Part shown: positions 36,877-47,477 of the stretch, in pieces | Numbering within the stretch: the stretch's first letter is position 1 | Layout: each line of letters begins with the position of its first letter | IMG/VR virus record: IMGVR_UViG_3300021141_000706 | Reading direction: 5' to 3' (one strand) | DNA length: 64,000 nucleotides | Source of the DNA: a virus | Notes under the pieces: model-generated | Databases searched by the model: none | Seen by the model: only the letters and a program-made list of their open reading frames with translations | What the model was told of the DNA's origin: nothing | Position numbers and translations under genes: made by a program

Positions 36877-37920
36877 TTATTTATATGATTTTATAATAGA
36901 AGAAATCTCAGCTTTAATTTTACCTAACTCTTCATATCCAAATTCTTTAGGGAATTTATTACCTACTTTCTTAACACCAACATAGTCAGATCTAAACATT
37001 ACCTGACCGATATGTTCATCACAACAATGAATTTCAAAGTCATCTCCTGTTTGTTTTACTTTACAATCTTTTTGAGATGTAACTAAATCTTTAACTTTCT
37101 TTCTGAAAGAATCTTTCTTATCAGCTTTTACTTCTGTGTGTTTGTCTTTAGTTCTTACTGATTTCTCAGCAACACCTTCACCTAACCAACTTGGTTTACC
37201 CATACCATCTTGCCAACCGCCTTCTGATCCAGAGTCATCATATCTTTCATCATCTCTTGGGTACATTCCATCTGGATCTTCTTTTTGAGATCTTCTTATT
37301 CTCTTTTCTCTTTTCTCAGCATCTTCTTTAGCTTTATGTGGAAAATTAGAGATTTCTGTTTTTTCTGATGGAGATAATTCCTCATCAGATTCATTAAGAG
37401 ATTCAACAATTAAATCATCTAATTCATCTAATTTATATTTACCTATTGATTTAGAAATTTTATAATCAGATATCTTTTTCAATAACCATTCTAAATCTTC
37501 TTTCTTCTTTTCATCAGTTGCTTTGGCAAAACTTTTTTCAACACTTTCAATTAATTTATTTTTAACCTCACTGAACTTAAATCCATTAGGATATTCTTTT
37601 TTGAACTTTTCAACTTTCTTTTCTAATTCTCTTCTTTCATTTGGTGTTAAATCCGAATTCTCTTTAGCTAGTTTCTTTTTAACTTCTTCAATATCTAATG
37701 CTAACTTAACAACATTATCTAAAACAGCTTTAACAACCCTCCATTTATTCTCAATTGAAATAGTTTTACCAATTACTTTTAATAAAAGTGGAACTAATGG
37801 CTTCAATAAGAAACCAACTATTTTGAATGGTAGTTTAAGTATATCACCAATTAGTCCTTCGTTAATCATTTCTTGATTATAAGACTCATTAAATTTTTCC
37901 CAGTTTTGGATATTTTTCAT
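36877..37920 (-). CDS. Putative internal virion protein (MKNIQNWEKFNES leader, several xNE sites)
   Basis: Leader, INEG followed by a hydrophobic helix, internal LNES. Confidence 0.7.
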   Translation of the reverse strand: MKNIQNWEKFNESYNQEMINEGLIGDILKLPFKIVGFLLKPLVPLLLKVIGKTISIENKWRVVKAVLDNVVKLALDIEEVKKKLAKENSDLTPNERRELEKKVEKFKKEYPNGFKFSEVKNKLIESVEKSFAKATDEKKKEDLEWLLKKISDYKISKSIGKYKLDELDDLIVESLNESDEELSPSEKTEISNFPHKAKEDAEKREKRIRRSQKEDPDGMYPRDDERYDDSGSEGGWQDGMGKPSWLGEGVAEKSVRTKDKHTEVKADKKDSFRKKVKDLVTSQKDCKVKQTGDDFEIHCCDEHIGQVMFRSDYVGVKKVGNKFPKEFGYEELGKIKAEISSIIKSYK

Positions 37921-37962
37921 AAATAGATTTTATTTTATAGTGTATATATAAAATTATAAGCA

Positions 37963-37989
37963 CAAAAAAAACTCACCGAAGTGAGTTTC
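37963..37989 (-). terminator. Intrinsic terminator
   Basis: aaactcac-cgaa-gtgagttt with a long A-run on the plus strand. Confidence 0.72.
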
Positions 37990-38006
37990 TTAAATATTAT
38001 TTGAAA

Positions 38007-38660
38007 TTATTTACTTAATAATCTGATTAAGTCTTCAGTGATTTTAGTAATCATCTTCTTACCTTCAACTTCTACTAATGGAATATTTTTAACCATTGAA
38101 TATTTATCATTACCATCTACACTAATTTTAGAAATAGCTTCAATAAACTTAGCATCTTTACCATATTTCTTAGTGTAATATCCTTTTAACTCATTAACGA
38201 ATTTAGACAAATCAACACCTTCTTTAACGTTATATTTAACCATTTGAAGTTCGTTGTCTTGTTTTTCAACCATAATATACCAAATAGACTTCTTAGAAAC
38301 TTTAACATTCTCAAGAAAGTTATAAGCTTTAGATGCTTTAGTGTTTTTAGGGAATTTAGCAACTTTACCAAAAGTTTCTACTTTACCTTCATGAGTTTTA
38401 TCACCAGTTTCATCAATATCATTTTCAAATTCATCTTCGTCAGAAGGTAAATCTACTGTTTGGTCTTGAGGTATCAAGTTTTTTCTTGAAGCTGGTTTTT
38501 CAATTTTCTTAGAATCTCTAGACAAATTAGGATTTGCCGGCAAATCTGAATCAGTCATAGGTTTAACATCCAATGAAGGATTAACCTCTTCTATCTTTGA
38601 TTTACCTTTGATATCAGAGAATTTCTTGAACCCAACAATCTTTTTATTTTCTTCTGCCAT
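38007..38660 (-). CDS. Hypothetical late protein (disordered N-half)
   Basis: 217 aa, AATATATA at 38685-38692. Confidence 0.72.
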   Translation of the reverse strand: MAEENKKIVGFKKFSDIKGKSKIEEVNPSLDVKPMTDSDLPANPNLSRDSKKIEKPASRKNLIPQDQTVDLPSDEDEFENDIDETGDKTHEGKVETFGKVAKFPKNTKASKAYNFLENVKVSKKSIWYIMVEKQDNELQMVKYNVKEGVDLSKFVNELKGYYTKKYGKDAKFIEAISKISVDGNDKYSMVKNIPLVEVEGKKMITKITEDLIRLLSK

Positions 38661-38724
38661 TTGATTTTATTACGTTTTGTCTATTATATATTAAATAATT
38701 TATTTAGTTTTTCGATTTTTGAAA

Positions 38725-38979
38725 TTATCTTTGTTTCCAATGATATTTATCTACCATATAGTTCTTAAAGTTCTTTATAATATTCATTTGGTCAAACATT
38801 ATAGAAACTAAGGGTTGCATTCTTTTCAACCAAGTATTCATTACATCATTCTCAAACATATGAGGCGATAAAGTTTTATCAAGTATTGTCTCATCATATC
38901 TAATATACTTATCATTATCATCATCGTGTAGATGCTTCATATGAATCATTTCAGGTAACTGTCTTTCTTCGTATAACAT
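38725..38979 (-). CDS. Small hypothetical protein downstream of the baseplate gene
   Basis: 84 aa, starts 2 nt after the stop of the baseplate gene. Confidence 0.65.
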   Translation of the reverse strand: MLYEERQLPEMIHMKHLHDDDNDKYIRYDETILDKTLSPHMFENDVMNTWLKRMQPLVSIMFDQMNIIKNFKNYMVDKYHWKQR

Positions 38980-38981
38980 AA

Positions 38982-40703
38982 TTAAATTGGTCTATTTTTT
39001 CCGTCAACTGAGCCTTTTTTGATAATATTAACAGATTTTAAACCGTTACCATCAATATCATCTGAGTAATAAAGACCATTTCTATCAAACCAACCACCTC
39101 TAATAATAGGAATTTCATTTGGCTCAAATACAATATCACCTAAAATAGAATCTAATCCTTTAGTTTCTGTTGGAATATAGTCAGGATTTATTGTTGATAC
39201 TGATATATCATTTTGATAACTTGAATTATATTTATTCAATTTATTTTGAGCATCAGTCATTGCGCTCTTGTGATAGTCTTCGTTCTTTTTTGCTACAAAT
39301 TGAACATCAACTGAGTGTATATCTTTAATAGTTGAAAGATTTCTAATAATATCTAATTTAGGTATTCTATCAATTCTCGATAAGTCTAAGAAATAGTTAG
39401 AAATAACTTCTAAAATTTGAGAGTTAACTGAATCATCTAAAGCATCTGCGTATGGTATAACATAAACATTCATAACATAATAAGATAAGTCTGGTGATTT
39501 GATTCTATACTTTTTAGTTAATTGTAAATTACCACCAGTCTTCAAATACTTATCAATTTTTGATATCTCATAAGAATCTAAGCTAAATGCTTTAATATCA
39601 ATTGTAAAGTAATCAGAATCTGAACTTTTGAATAATTTAATATTTGGTGTTGCCATTATGAAAATAGTACCACTTCTTTCATAAGCGTTAACGTGCGAAA
39701 ATACACCTAACTTTTTAATTTCATAAGCATATTGTTGAGGTAAACCTAATACAAAGTTATTAGAAGCAATAGGAAGAATGTTTTTAGTAAACATTAAATC
39801 TTCTTTATCAGCACCAAAATTAATATCTGTATAAATATCAATATCAAATACTTTTGTTATATCTAAAGTATCTCCATTTCCGTCGAATACATCATCTAAG
39901 AATTTCCAATCATTTCTAGTTCTTCTGTAAATATTTCCATTAGCACCATCAGTTTTTATATAACTTATAAATATTCTTGAACTAATTTCAGGAATAGCAC
40001 CAAAACCACCGTTTCCGAATATAACATCAATACCACCATTAAATCCTGTTCTAACTACACAAGCTTTTTCCTCTGGTATCATTTCCCAAATGTGTTTTTT
40101 AATTGACCAGTATTCACCATTAACTAAAACTTCTACATTAAAGTTTTCAACATCTTTAACTGAACTTTCCGAAAAGTTAAATGTTTGTAATTGAGTACCA
40201 TCACCTGTTCTTGAGTTTTCATTCCATTCACCTTGAATGATAGGTATAAAAAATTGATAGTTAGGAGTTATTTTATGACTAACTCTCTCAACACCTGTAT
40301 TAAGCATGTAGTATAAACTATTTGTTTCATTTTTTATTTTAGTTCTATTGACAATTAAAATTCTACCACCAGGTATTTCTTTATCTAAATCAATATTACT
40401 TTTTAATGTAAATCTTAATGTACCTGTAGCACTTATGCCTCTACCTGGATTATGACCAGCAAATATAGCAGCATTTCTTATAATTCTTTCATTTAGTGAG
40501 TTGTTATCACCTAAATCAAATTGATTAATAGCATTTTTCAAATATAAAAAAGACATTTGGTGTAGATTCTCTAATACTGAAAGAATCTGACCATAAGGTG
40601 AAGCAGGGCTGAAAAGAATCTGACCTTTATTATGTTGTTCTCTCAGATAAACCTCAATCTGATATTTGATATTTGTATAAGTAATCTCTATAAAATTTGC
40701 CAT
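38982..40703 (-). CDS. Baseplate wedge protein (T4 gp6 / baseplate J-like)
   Basis: N-terminal SPYGQIL..L, AAIFAGHNPGRGISATG, IIQGE, DVIFGNG.FG.IP, ISYIKTDG..GN, FGAD.E: pattern of gp6-like wedges. Confidence 0.75.
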   Translation of the reverse strand: MANFIEITYTNIKYQIEVYLREQHNKGQILFSPASPYGQILSVLENLHQMSFLYLKNAINQFDLGDNNSLNERIIRNAAIFAGHNPGRGISATGTLRFTLKSNIDLDKEIPGGRILIVNRTKIKNETNSLYYMLNTGVERVSHKITPNYQFFIPIIQGEWNENSRTGDGTQLQTFNFSESSVKDVENFNVEVLVNGEYWSIKKHIWEMIPEEKACVVRTGFNGGIDVIFGNGGFGAIPEISSRIFISYIKTDGANGNIYRRTRNDWKFLDDVFDGNGDTLDITKVFDIDIYTDINFGADKEDLMFTKNILPIASNNFVLGLPQQYAYEIKKLGVFSHVNAYERSGTIFIMATPNIKLFKSSDSDYFTIDIKAFSLDSYEISKIDKYLKTGGNLQLTKKYRIKSPDLSYYVMNVYVIPYADALDDSVNSQILEVISNYFLDLSRIDRIPKLDIIRNLSTIKDIHSVDVQFVAKKNEDYHKSAMTDAQNKLNKYNSSYQNDISVSTINPDYIPTETKGLDSILGDIVFEPNEIPIIRGGWFDRNGLYYSDDIDGNGLKSVNIIKKGSVDGKNRPI

Positions 40704-40714
40704 ATAGCTATTTA

Positions 40715-41047
40715 TTATTTATTTAATTCGTTTAAGTACTCTTCAGAGAATCTATTTTTTTCAAAAATCTCTTTAACATCAGATGTTAAATCATCTATGC
40801 TTGAAAATCTATCAACAAAATCAGCACTTTCATTAAGTGGATTTTCTGAATAAGACCAATTGAAACTATAGTTTTCCAATTCTTTTTTAGATACTACCAT
40901 CTTAACTTCTTTACCTTCATTGATAATAGAAACTTCAATGTAGTTACCAAGTTTTAAATTTGATTTTTCTTCTATTTTAATCTCTGAATTTAGAAACTGT
41001 GAAAGAAGGTCACCGTGAATCTTATTGATATTATATTTAAAGTCCAT
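40715..41047 (-). CDS. Hypothetical late protein
   Basis: AATATATA at 41068-41075. Confidence 0.68.
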   Translation of the reverse strand: MDFKYNINKIHGDLLSQFLNSEIKIEEKSNLKLGNYIEVSIINEGKEVKMVVSKKELENYSFNWSYSENPLNESADFVDRFSSIDDLTSDVKEIFEKNRFSEEYLNELNK

Positions 41048-41168
41048 TTTTTTGAATTTATTTTATTTATATATTAAATTAGACCTACTACTTATCATAT
41101 TTTTAGACAAAATTAAAATTGGTAGTTTTTATAATAAATATATACCTTATAAAATATAGAAAATAGAA

Positions 41169-41888
41169 ATGGGTTTAACAGACATAGCATCAATTATGGA
41201 GAAATATGGTTTCAAAGGATCCATATTTGTTATATTTGTGTTTTTGATAATATCAATGCTTAAAAGTAGTTGGTTTAGTGGCGTTTTGAGTAAACTATCT
41301 GATAGTTTTGTCGAAAAATTTATGAGAAGTAAAGTAAAAGATGTTAACTCTCATGTTAAAGCAATTGCTGACTCTGATATTACTAATCACGATATCTTTA
41401 ACTATATTGACTTCTGGACCTACTCTAAAGTTCCTACAATTCAATTCTCAACTGAATACAGAACTGCTGTATTTAGAAAATACCTAACAATTTATCTTAA
41501 ATCTTATAAAAGAAAAATATCTGAGTTTGTTAATTCCAAAGAGTATCAAGAGATGGATGATGCTAAAGTTTGGAAAGCACTTCTTAACTTAATTAATAGC
41601 ATAGTTTATGATTATGAAAAAGAAATGATTGAGTCTGGTTTACCTAAGATTGTTGTTGATAAGATGAAAGCTAAAAACAATGATACAATCACTTTAACGA
41701 TTGATTTGATTGAAGGTATTTGTAATTCTCAATTTTATGATTCAGAAAAGAACTTCTTAAAAGTTTATTCTATTCTTAATATCTTATTATCTGTATTGGA
41801 AAATACAATCTCTAATTCAGAGAATGTTTGTAACTCTATTAATGGTCAATTGAAAGGTCTAAAATTTGACGGTAAGGTAGAACCTTAA
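41169..41888 (+). CDS. Late membrane protein with N-terminal TM and large soluble domain (holin candidate)
   Basis: One strong TM helix (SIFVIFVFLIISML), AATATATA at 41137-41144. Holin role is inference only. Confidence 0.55.
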   Translation: MGLTDIASIMEKYGFKGSIFVIFVFLIISMLKSSWFSGVLSKLSDSFVEKFMRSKVKDVNSHVKAIADSDITNHDIFNYIDFWTYSKVPTIQFSTEYRTAVFRKYLTIYLKSYKRKISEFVNSKEYQEMDDAKVWKALLNLINSIVYDYEKEMIESGLPKIVVDKMKAKNNDTITLTIDLIEGICNSQFYDSEKNFLKVYSILNILLSVLENTISNSENVCNSINGQLKGLKFDGKVEP

Positions 41889-42430
41889 TCCATTAAATCA
41901 TAAACATCATCTGAAGAAAATTCATGATCAGTAATCTTCAAGTCATAATCTTTATATTCTTGAAAATCAATATCATCAGCATCTAATCTTCTGCTTATTG
42001 AATCATTTTTATCTTGTCTACCTAAAAGTCTTGATTCTCTTACTCGTCTATCAATATCTAAGTAAACTACAAAACATCCTTTTCTCATTTCAGGTGTTAG
42101 ATTATTAAACTCACCTGGTGTCATTATAAATACCTGTGATTCATTGAACTCTTGTAAAGTTACTCCGTAGTACCAAGTCTCTGGTTCTCTACCTTCTGGA
42201 GTAACATTAAATGTTTGATAAGTTAAAAATTTATTTTCGTTGATTGATTCTGTGAATTGTTCATCGCTAACAAAGTTATAAGTAATACCTTGTTGTTCGT
42301 GCTTTCTTTGAGGTCTTGTTGTCCATTTTAGACATCCTTTTAATCCTCTTTCTACAAGTTTTCTCATTAAGTAATCTTTTCCACTTCCGGATTTTCCTAA
42401 GATAATTACTTTTTCATTCTTAACAATCAT
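41885..42430 (-). CDS. gmk: Guanylate kinase-like protein
   Basis: GKSGSGKD, TTRPQR..E..G..YNFVS, WYYG, RRL..D..DF. Confidence 0.85.
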   Translation of the reverse strand: MIVKNEKVIILGKSGSGKDYLMRKLVERGLKGCLKWTTRPQRKHEQQGITYNFVSDEQFTESINENKFLTYQTFNVTPEGREPETWYYGVTLQEFNESQVFIMTPGEFNNLTPEMRKGCFVVYLDIDRRVRESRLLGRQDKNDSISRRLDADDIDFQEYKDYDLKITDHEFSSDDVYDLMD

Positions 42431-42522
42431 TTAGTTAATAAATTTATTAGTTATAATTTGGAATTATTAAAAAGTTTAAGTATAGTTATTTTAATATATA
42501 ACCAAAATAGAAATATAATAAT

Positions 42523-43605
42523 ATGTCGGGGAAATATCTTACTGCTTTCACTAATGGTGTTCCAATACCAGGATTTGAAAATATAGGAAAAATAGCGGTT
42601 GATACTGAACCAGGATCAGGTGACTACTCACTTGGTAATTTTGTTGGTGGTGTTTCAAACTCTTATGATACCAATGGATATATTATTATATCAGATACAA
42701 CTACAGCTGGTATAGCCGGAAGATCAACTGGTGGTAATACAACAGGAACAGCATCTGCTAACCAACCAACCTTTTGGGTATCTACTCAAAAAACAGATAG
42801 TAGCTTTTTAGATTTAGTTAATAATTTACCAGCAAGATCAGGACAATCAGCTTTTGATAATGCTACAAGTGGTGCGGTTGAGGCGAGTACTTGGTTATCA
42901 TCAAATGGTTACTGGACTTCATATGTAGCTCCTGTTCTATCTTTAGATGCTGGTAATACAGCAAGTTATCCAGGAACTGGAACAGTTTGGACAGATTTGG
43001 TAGATGGTAAAGAATTTAATTTACTTGGAGCGCCAAGCTCAGGAGTACCAACATATCAATCGGGAGATGGTGGTAAAATTCTTTTCTATGCGGCTGGTGG
43101 TCACTATGCTGTTTGTAATACAAGTTTACCATCAATGACTAAATTCACATTATCAATTTGGCATTATTGGAATGGTGGTAATAGTGGTGGTCTTCCTTGT
43201 ATAATATCAGAAATCTATCCGGGTACTAATGGAAAAATTAATTATTTCTTAGGTAATTTACAAGGTAATGGTTTAAGAGGTGGGTATTTTAATGGAGGAT
43301 TTCAAATGTCTTCTGTAATTCCTGAAGCCGTTAACATAACTACTAATAATTGGTATCATATAGTTGTTACCTGTGACTCAAGCCAAGTTGTTAAAATTTA
43401 TTTAAATAATACGTTAATTTCTCAAAATCAAACATCGGGAGATCAACCAACATCAAGTAATGGTGGAATACATTTAATGAGAAGATGGGATAATGCTGAG
43501 TTTTGGGATGGTTACCTGGCTAAAGTTGATATCTATAATAAAGATCTTAGTCAAGCACAAATTACTGAAATTTGGGATTCAAACAGATCAAGATTTGGAT
43601 TGTAA
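42523..43605 (+). CDS. LamG/concanavalin-A-like domain virion protein
   Basis: LDAGNTASYPGTGTVWTDL, WYHIVVT, KIYLN, IYNKDLS..I; AATATATA at 42493-42500. Confidence 0.8.
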   Translation: MSGKYLTAFTNGVPIPGFENIGKIAVDTEPGSGDYSLGNFVGGVSNSYDTNGYIIISDTTTAGIAGRSTGGNTTGTASANQPTFWVSTQKTDSSFLDLVNNLPARSGQSAFDNATSGAVEASTWLSSNGYWTSYVAPVLSLDAGNTASYPGTGTVWTDLVDGKEFNLLGAPSSGVPTYQSGDGGKILFYAAGGHYAVCNTSLPSMTKFTLSIWHYWNGGNSGGLPCIISEIYPGTNGKINYFLGNLQGNGLRGGYFNGGFQMSSVIPEAVNITTNNWYHIVVTCDSSQVVKIYLNNTLISQNQTSGDQPTSSNGGIHLMRRWDNAEFWDGYLAKVDIYNKDLSQAQITEIWDSNRSRFGL

Positions 43606-43851
43606 TTATCTAATTGGTTTGTAATTAGGAATAGCACCTTTGTAATTGTTGTTACTTTTTCTGATTTCTTCGTGTTCAGCTTCTGCTGCCGCTTGATATT
43701 CAGGATCATTCTTTTCGTCTTGTTTACAAGTCATACAGATGACATCTTCGTTAAACATAGACATTGTAGTAACACCATTAGTCGGTTCACCACATCTATC
43801 ACAGATAGATTTATTCATTCCAAAAGATTCGTATGTTTTTAAGTGTTTCAT
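43606..43851 (-). CDS. Small Zn-finger protein with capsid-targeting-like leader (MKHLKTYESF)
   Basis: CDRC...MSMFNEDVICMTC. Confidence 0.75.
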   Translation of the reverse strand: MKHLKTYESFGMNKSICDRCGEPTNGVTTMSMFNEDVICMTCKQDEKNDPEYQAAAEAEHEEIRKSNNNYKGAIPNYKPIR

Positions 43852-43852
43852 A

Positions 43853-44356
43853 TTATTTCTTAATAGTGTTTACATCAGTCTTTTGGAAGTTATCAAAGTT
43901 CATAACTTTCTTTTCACCGTTCTTAGTTTGACCTGCGGTAAAGTCTTGTCTTTTAGCAAAAACATTTTTAAGAGCCTTCAAATCTAATTTCTTTTCTCTG
44001 GACTTTTTACCAGTTCTAGCACCATGATTAGAACCCATCACAGGAATCTTTTGAAACATTCTATTAGATCCACCTGGGTTATAAGGAACAGAGACATCAC
44101 CTGATCCAGCCTTACCACCACCTGATGCCCAACTTGTACCAATTGTTTGTCCTGCTAAACCTGAAGGTTGAGCATTAACAACAGCACCCATACCACCCAC
44201 TGAACCAGCAGGTCCGCCGGTAGCTGAAGTATTTTCAATTAATAATTCTCTTTGGGATATTTTCTCACAAAGTTTCAAATATCCTTCTTCAGAAGAAAGA
44301 TTTTCTTGTTCCATTTTCTCTTTTAAGAGATATAATTGATGTAATGACATTTTCAT
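43853..44356 (-). CDS. Gly-rich late protein
   Basis: LIE followed by a Gly-rich tract, AATATATA at 44361-44368. Confidence 0.7.
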   Translation of the reverse strand: MKMSLHQLYLLKEKMEQENLSSEEGYLKLCEKISQRELLIENTSATGGPAGSVGGMGAVVNAQPSGLAGQTIGTSWASGGGKAGSGDVSVPYNPGGSNRMFQKIPVMGSNHGARTGKKSREKKLDLKALKNVFAKRQDFTAGQTKNGEKKVMNFDNFQKTDVNTIKK

Positions 44357-44370
44357 ATTGTATATATTAA

Positions 44371-44673
44371 TTAGTGATTTCTATTTAAATCGAATGTTAT
44401 TTCATACCCGTTTTTTTCAGACCATTCTCTAACAACATCTATCTTATCACCTAATTTAAATGGAAGATTAAGTTCTTCTAATTTTATTTCAGAATAAATC
44501 TTCATATCAGTGATGACATTTTTAACTTGTGTATAATAAATATGTAATTCAAACTTCTTAGACTTTCCTAAGAACCAACTTTTATGATAGCCTTCTATAG
44601 CTAAATGATTCATAAATCTTCTTATGTTTGAACCACCCATAAATTCATTAAAATTTTTTATTTTATTACTCAT
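44371..44673 (-). CDS. Hypothetical protein with leader (MSNKIKNFNEF)
   Basis: 100 aa ORF. Confidence 0.68.
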   Translation of the reverse strand: MSNKIKNFNEFMGGSNIRRFMNHLAIEGYHKSWFLGKSKKFELHIYYTQVKNVITDMKIYSEIKLEELNLPFKLGDKIDVVREWSEKNGYEITFDLNRNH

Positions 44674-44735
44674 AAATATCCGAACAAATAACTGTTTGTA
44701 TTATATATAATTTATCAAATTCGGAAAAACAATCA

Positions 44736-45368
44736 ATGAATAAATTAAAGCAACTTGAAATAAAAAAATTAATGAAGGAATTAGACTTCGTTGAGTCCGA
44801 TTTTACATATAAAAACGAGATAGTACATGAAGCTGATAGTAACTTTATAAAAAGTGTTAATGATTTATTAGAACAACATCCTTTATTGAAAGACGTATTT
44901 GATAAAAAGATTAATAATAAAATAGATAATATCTTTCAAAGAAGAACTGAAGAGTTAAAAGATAAAATAGAAACTATAAATGAATCATATCAAGAGGATT
45001 CAATTGAGGAAGAAGTTATAGTTGAAAAGATTATTGATAAAAAAGTTAGAAAGTTATACAGAGAAATAGCCAAAATAACACATCCAGATAGAATTGATAA
45101 TAGAAAATTAAATGACCTTTATATTAAGGCAACTATTTATTATAACAATAATGATATTGCTGGTACTTATTCAATATGTAACGAATTAGATATAGAGTAT
45201 GAGCCAGATGATTCTGATAATCAATTAATATCTGGTAAAATAAATGGTCTTAAAAGTAGAATATCATTTATGGAATCAACATTAACTTGGGTTTGGTATC
45301 ACTCAACAGATGATAAGGAAAAAGAACAAATGATTTTAGGATATATTAAGAATCAATTAGATAATTGA
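44736..45368 (+). CDS. J-domain-like (HPD) protein
   Basis: KVRKLYREIAKITHPDR, flanked by coiled coils. Confidence 0.7.
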   Translation: MNKLKQLEIKKLMKELDFVESDFTYKNEIVHEADSNFIKSVNDLLEQHPLLKDVFDKKINNKIDNIFQRRTEELKDKIETINESYQEDSIEEEVIVEKIIDKKVRKLYREIAKITHPDRIDNRKLNDLYIKATIYYNNNDIAGTYSICNELDIEYEPDDSDNQLISGKINGLKSRISFMESTLTWVWYHSTDDKEKEQMILGYIKNQLDN

Positions 45369-45989
45369 TACTGTGACTTTTCTGTCGTTTAATAAAGATT
45401 GAAGTTCATCTTTTCTAAAGAATCTTTTGTAGACATCATTTTCTTTATCAAGATTCTGAAGCTCCCAAGTATTACCATCAGATGTAACATAGATATAGTT
45501 CCCATCACCATCAGTTACTTCAATTGTTTTAGATGATAGTTTATCATAGAACTTTTTAACATCACCATTTATCTTAAAAAACTTAACATCTTCCCATTCT
45601 TTATTAGTTTCATTCCAAACTTGAAAAGTAATGTAAAGAGGATTTTCTAACTCATTTGAGCTAATATCATAAATAAACATCCATTTACAAGGTTTGTTAA
45701 CAAATGTTTGATACTCTTCTGTGTTTTGAACTGGTGATTTCTTTAGACCTAAAGAAGATAATGAGTTAATGAATTCAATATTATCTGATAAGAAGTCTAA
45801 ACTTAATCGTCCATCATAAAAATCTTTAGGTAGTTTCAAAGTATCAAAGATATCTTTCTCTTCTGCTGAAATTGCTGATAGAAGTACATCATGCCATATA
45901 TTCATTGATTCTAATATATCAACTGACATAACCATAAGGTCAATCACCAATGACTCTTTGAACTTATTATATGATTTTATTACTCTCAT
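45357..45989 (-). CDS. Hypothetical protein with leader (MRVIKSYNKFKES)
   Basis: 210 aa, shares a palindromic promoter with 46047. Confidence 0.72.
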   Translation of the reverse strand: MRVIKSYNKFKESLVIDLMVMSVDILESMNIWHDVLLSAISAEEKDIFDTLKLPKDFYDGRLSLDFLSDNIEFINSLSSLGLKKSPVQNTEEYQTFVNKPCKWMFIYDISSNELENPLYITFQVWNETNKEWEDVKFFKINGDVKKFYDKLSSKTIEVTDGDGNYIYVTSDGNTWELQNLDKENDVYKRFFRKDELQSLLNDRKVTVSII

Positions 45990-46010
45990 TTCAAAAAAGA
46001 ATTAATTAAT

Positions 46011-46026
46011 TTAATATATATATTAA
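46011..46026. promoter_or_regulatory. Palindromic bidirectional late-type promoter TTAATATATATATTAA
   Basis: AATATATA on both strands, centred between two divergent leader-bearing genes. Confidence 0.65.
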
Positions 46027-46046
46027 AATACTACAACACAAATCTA

Positions 46047-47426
46047 ATGAAATGGCTAAGAGATTATAAATTATTCAAGGAAGCAAGACAAGAGAAGGTT
46101 TCTTATAAGAACCTAGTTGGAGAAATCTGTACTGCGATGGTTTTGTTAAACAACGAATTCCTTGATAATATATTAGATAGAGGTTTGAAAGCTAGATATT
46201 CTGAAAATTCAGAAATATTTATCACAGACTTAAAGAATCTTCTTCTAGCTAAGAACAGATTAAACTTAGGTAGATTTGAAGGTGATACTTGTGTTACTGA
46301 TGATGAGATATCTAAAGCTAGCCTATTATTTGATTCAATTGAATTTGACATTGAAAAAGATTGGGATAAATTAGTTGCTGCTAGAACAACTGCTAGAAAT
46401 ATTATTGATAAATTATTATTAGATTCTAAATTAAAACCTGAGATGATTAAAAACATTTTCTGGATTGGTCCTAATAAAGATTCTGATCATCAAGAGGATA
46501 TAGTTGTTGAAGATAAAGATGGTAATCAATATAGTTTTTACTTAAACAAAAACTTAGCAACTCAAAAGTCTGCTTCATTTAATTTATTTGCGGATGAGTT
46601 AATTGGTGCTGATATTGATAGATTATACAAAGAAGATTATTTATCTAAATGGGATAAACTAACTCAAGAGTGGATTAGATTAATTTATGAAAATGCTAAT
46701 AAAAATATTCAACAGTTGATTGAGAAGTTTATTGATGCTAAAAGAATTGATACTATTGGTTATTTTGAATACTTTGATATAAGACACAAAGATCCTAAGT
46801 TCAAACATTTAGGTGAATTCATACAAGAATATGATAAAAACATTCTTAAATTCTCTGACTTAATGAATGAGATTTGGAAAAGTAAAGAAAATAGCTTTAT
46901 GGATTCTGAAAGAGTTACCAAAGAGTGGATGGAAATTAAAATAGTTATTCTTAACTCTAAAATTCTTGAAAATCTTTTAACATCAAGTCTTAAATCAAAT
47001 CACACAGATGATATCCAAAAAGCTGAAGATGGTTGGAAACTTGCTGGTGGTACAGTTAAGATGAAATTATTTAAGACTTTAGTTGAGAAGATGGGTTGTT
47101 TAGAAAGACCTATTTACTTCTTAGGTAAAAATGGTGATATCTTTAATTTAGTTCCTTCAAGAGAATTCTTTAGAGAACATTATGATGACTTAAAAATCAA
47201 ATTTGATTATCATGTTAATTTTGAAGTTAGTGAAGAAGAAGAGAATAATGATTTTACAATAAAAATAAAATTAGAGTTAGACGATACTACTTTAATTGAT
47301 ATGTTTATTATTGTTAAGTTCTCTGGTGGTGAGATGTCTGGTAAGTTATCTGCTAAATATAAATTTGATATTGCCGACAACTTCAACTATTTAATTTCAA
47401 AAAAACAGTCTAATCAGTCAGAATAA
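46047..47426 (+). CDS. Hypothetical protein with leader (MKWLRDYKLFKEA)
   Basis: 459 aa. WIGP...EDIVV faintly recalls a degenerate PD-(D/E)XK fold. Confidence 0.72.
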   Translation: MKWLRDYKLFKEARQEKVSYKNLVGEICTAMVLLNNEFLDNILDRGLKARYSENSEIFITDLKNLLLAKNRLNLGRFEGDTCVTDDEISKASLLFDSIEFDIEKDWDKLVAARTTARNIIDKLLLDSKLKPEMIKNIFWIGPNKDSDHQEDIVVEDKDGNQYSFYLNKNLATQKSASFNLFADELIGADIDRLYKEDYLSKWDKLTQEWIRLIYENANKNIQQLIEKFIDAKRIDTIGYFEYFDIRHKDPKFKHLGEFIQEYDKNILKFSDLMNEIWKSKENSFMDSERVTKEWMEIKIVILNSKILENLLTSSLKSNHTDDIQKAEDGWKLAGGTVKMKLFKTLVEKMGCLERPIYFLGKNGDIFNLVPSREFFREHYDDLKIKFDYHVNFEVSEEEENNDFTIKIKLELDDTTLIDMFIIVKFSGGEMSGKLSAKYKFDIADNFNYLISKKQSNQSE

Positions 47427-47477
47427 CTTTTAGGAATACATGATATAAAAATATATATCTAAAATCTTAAAAATTAA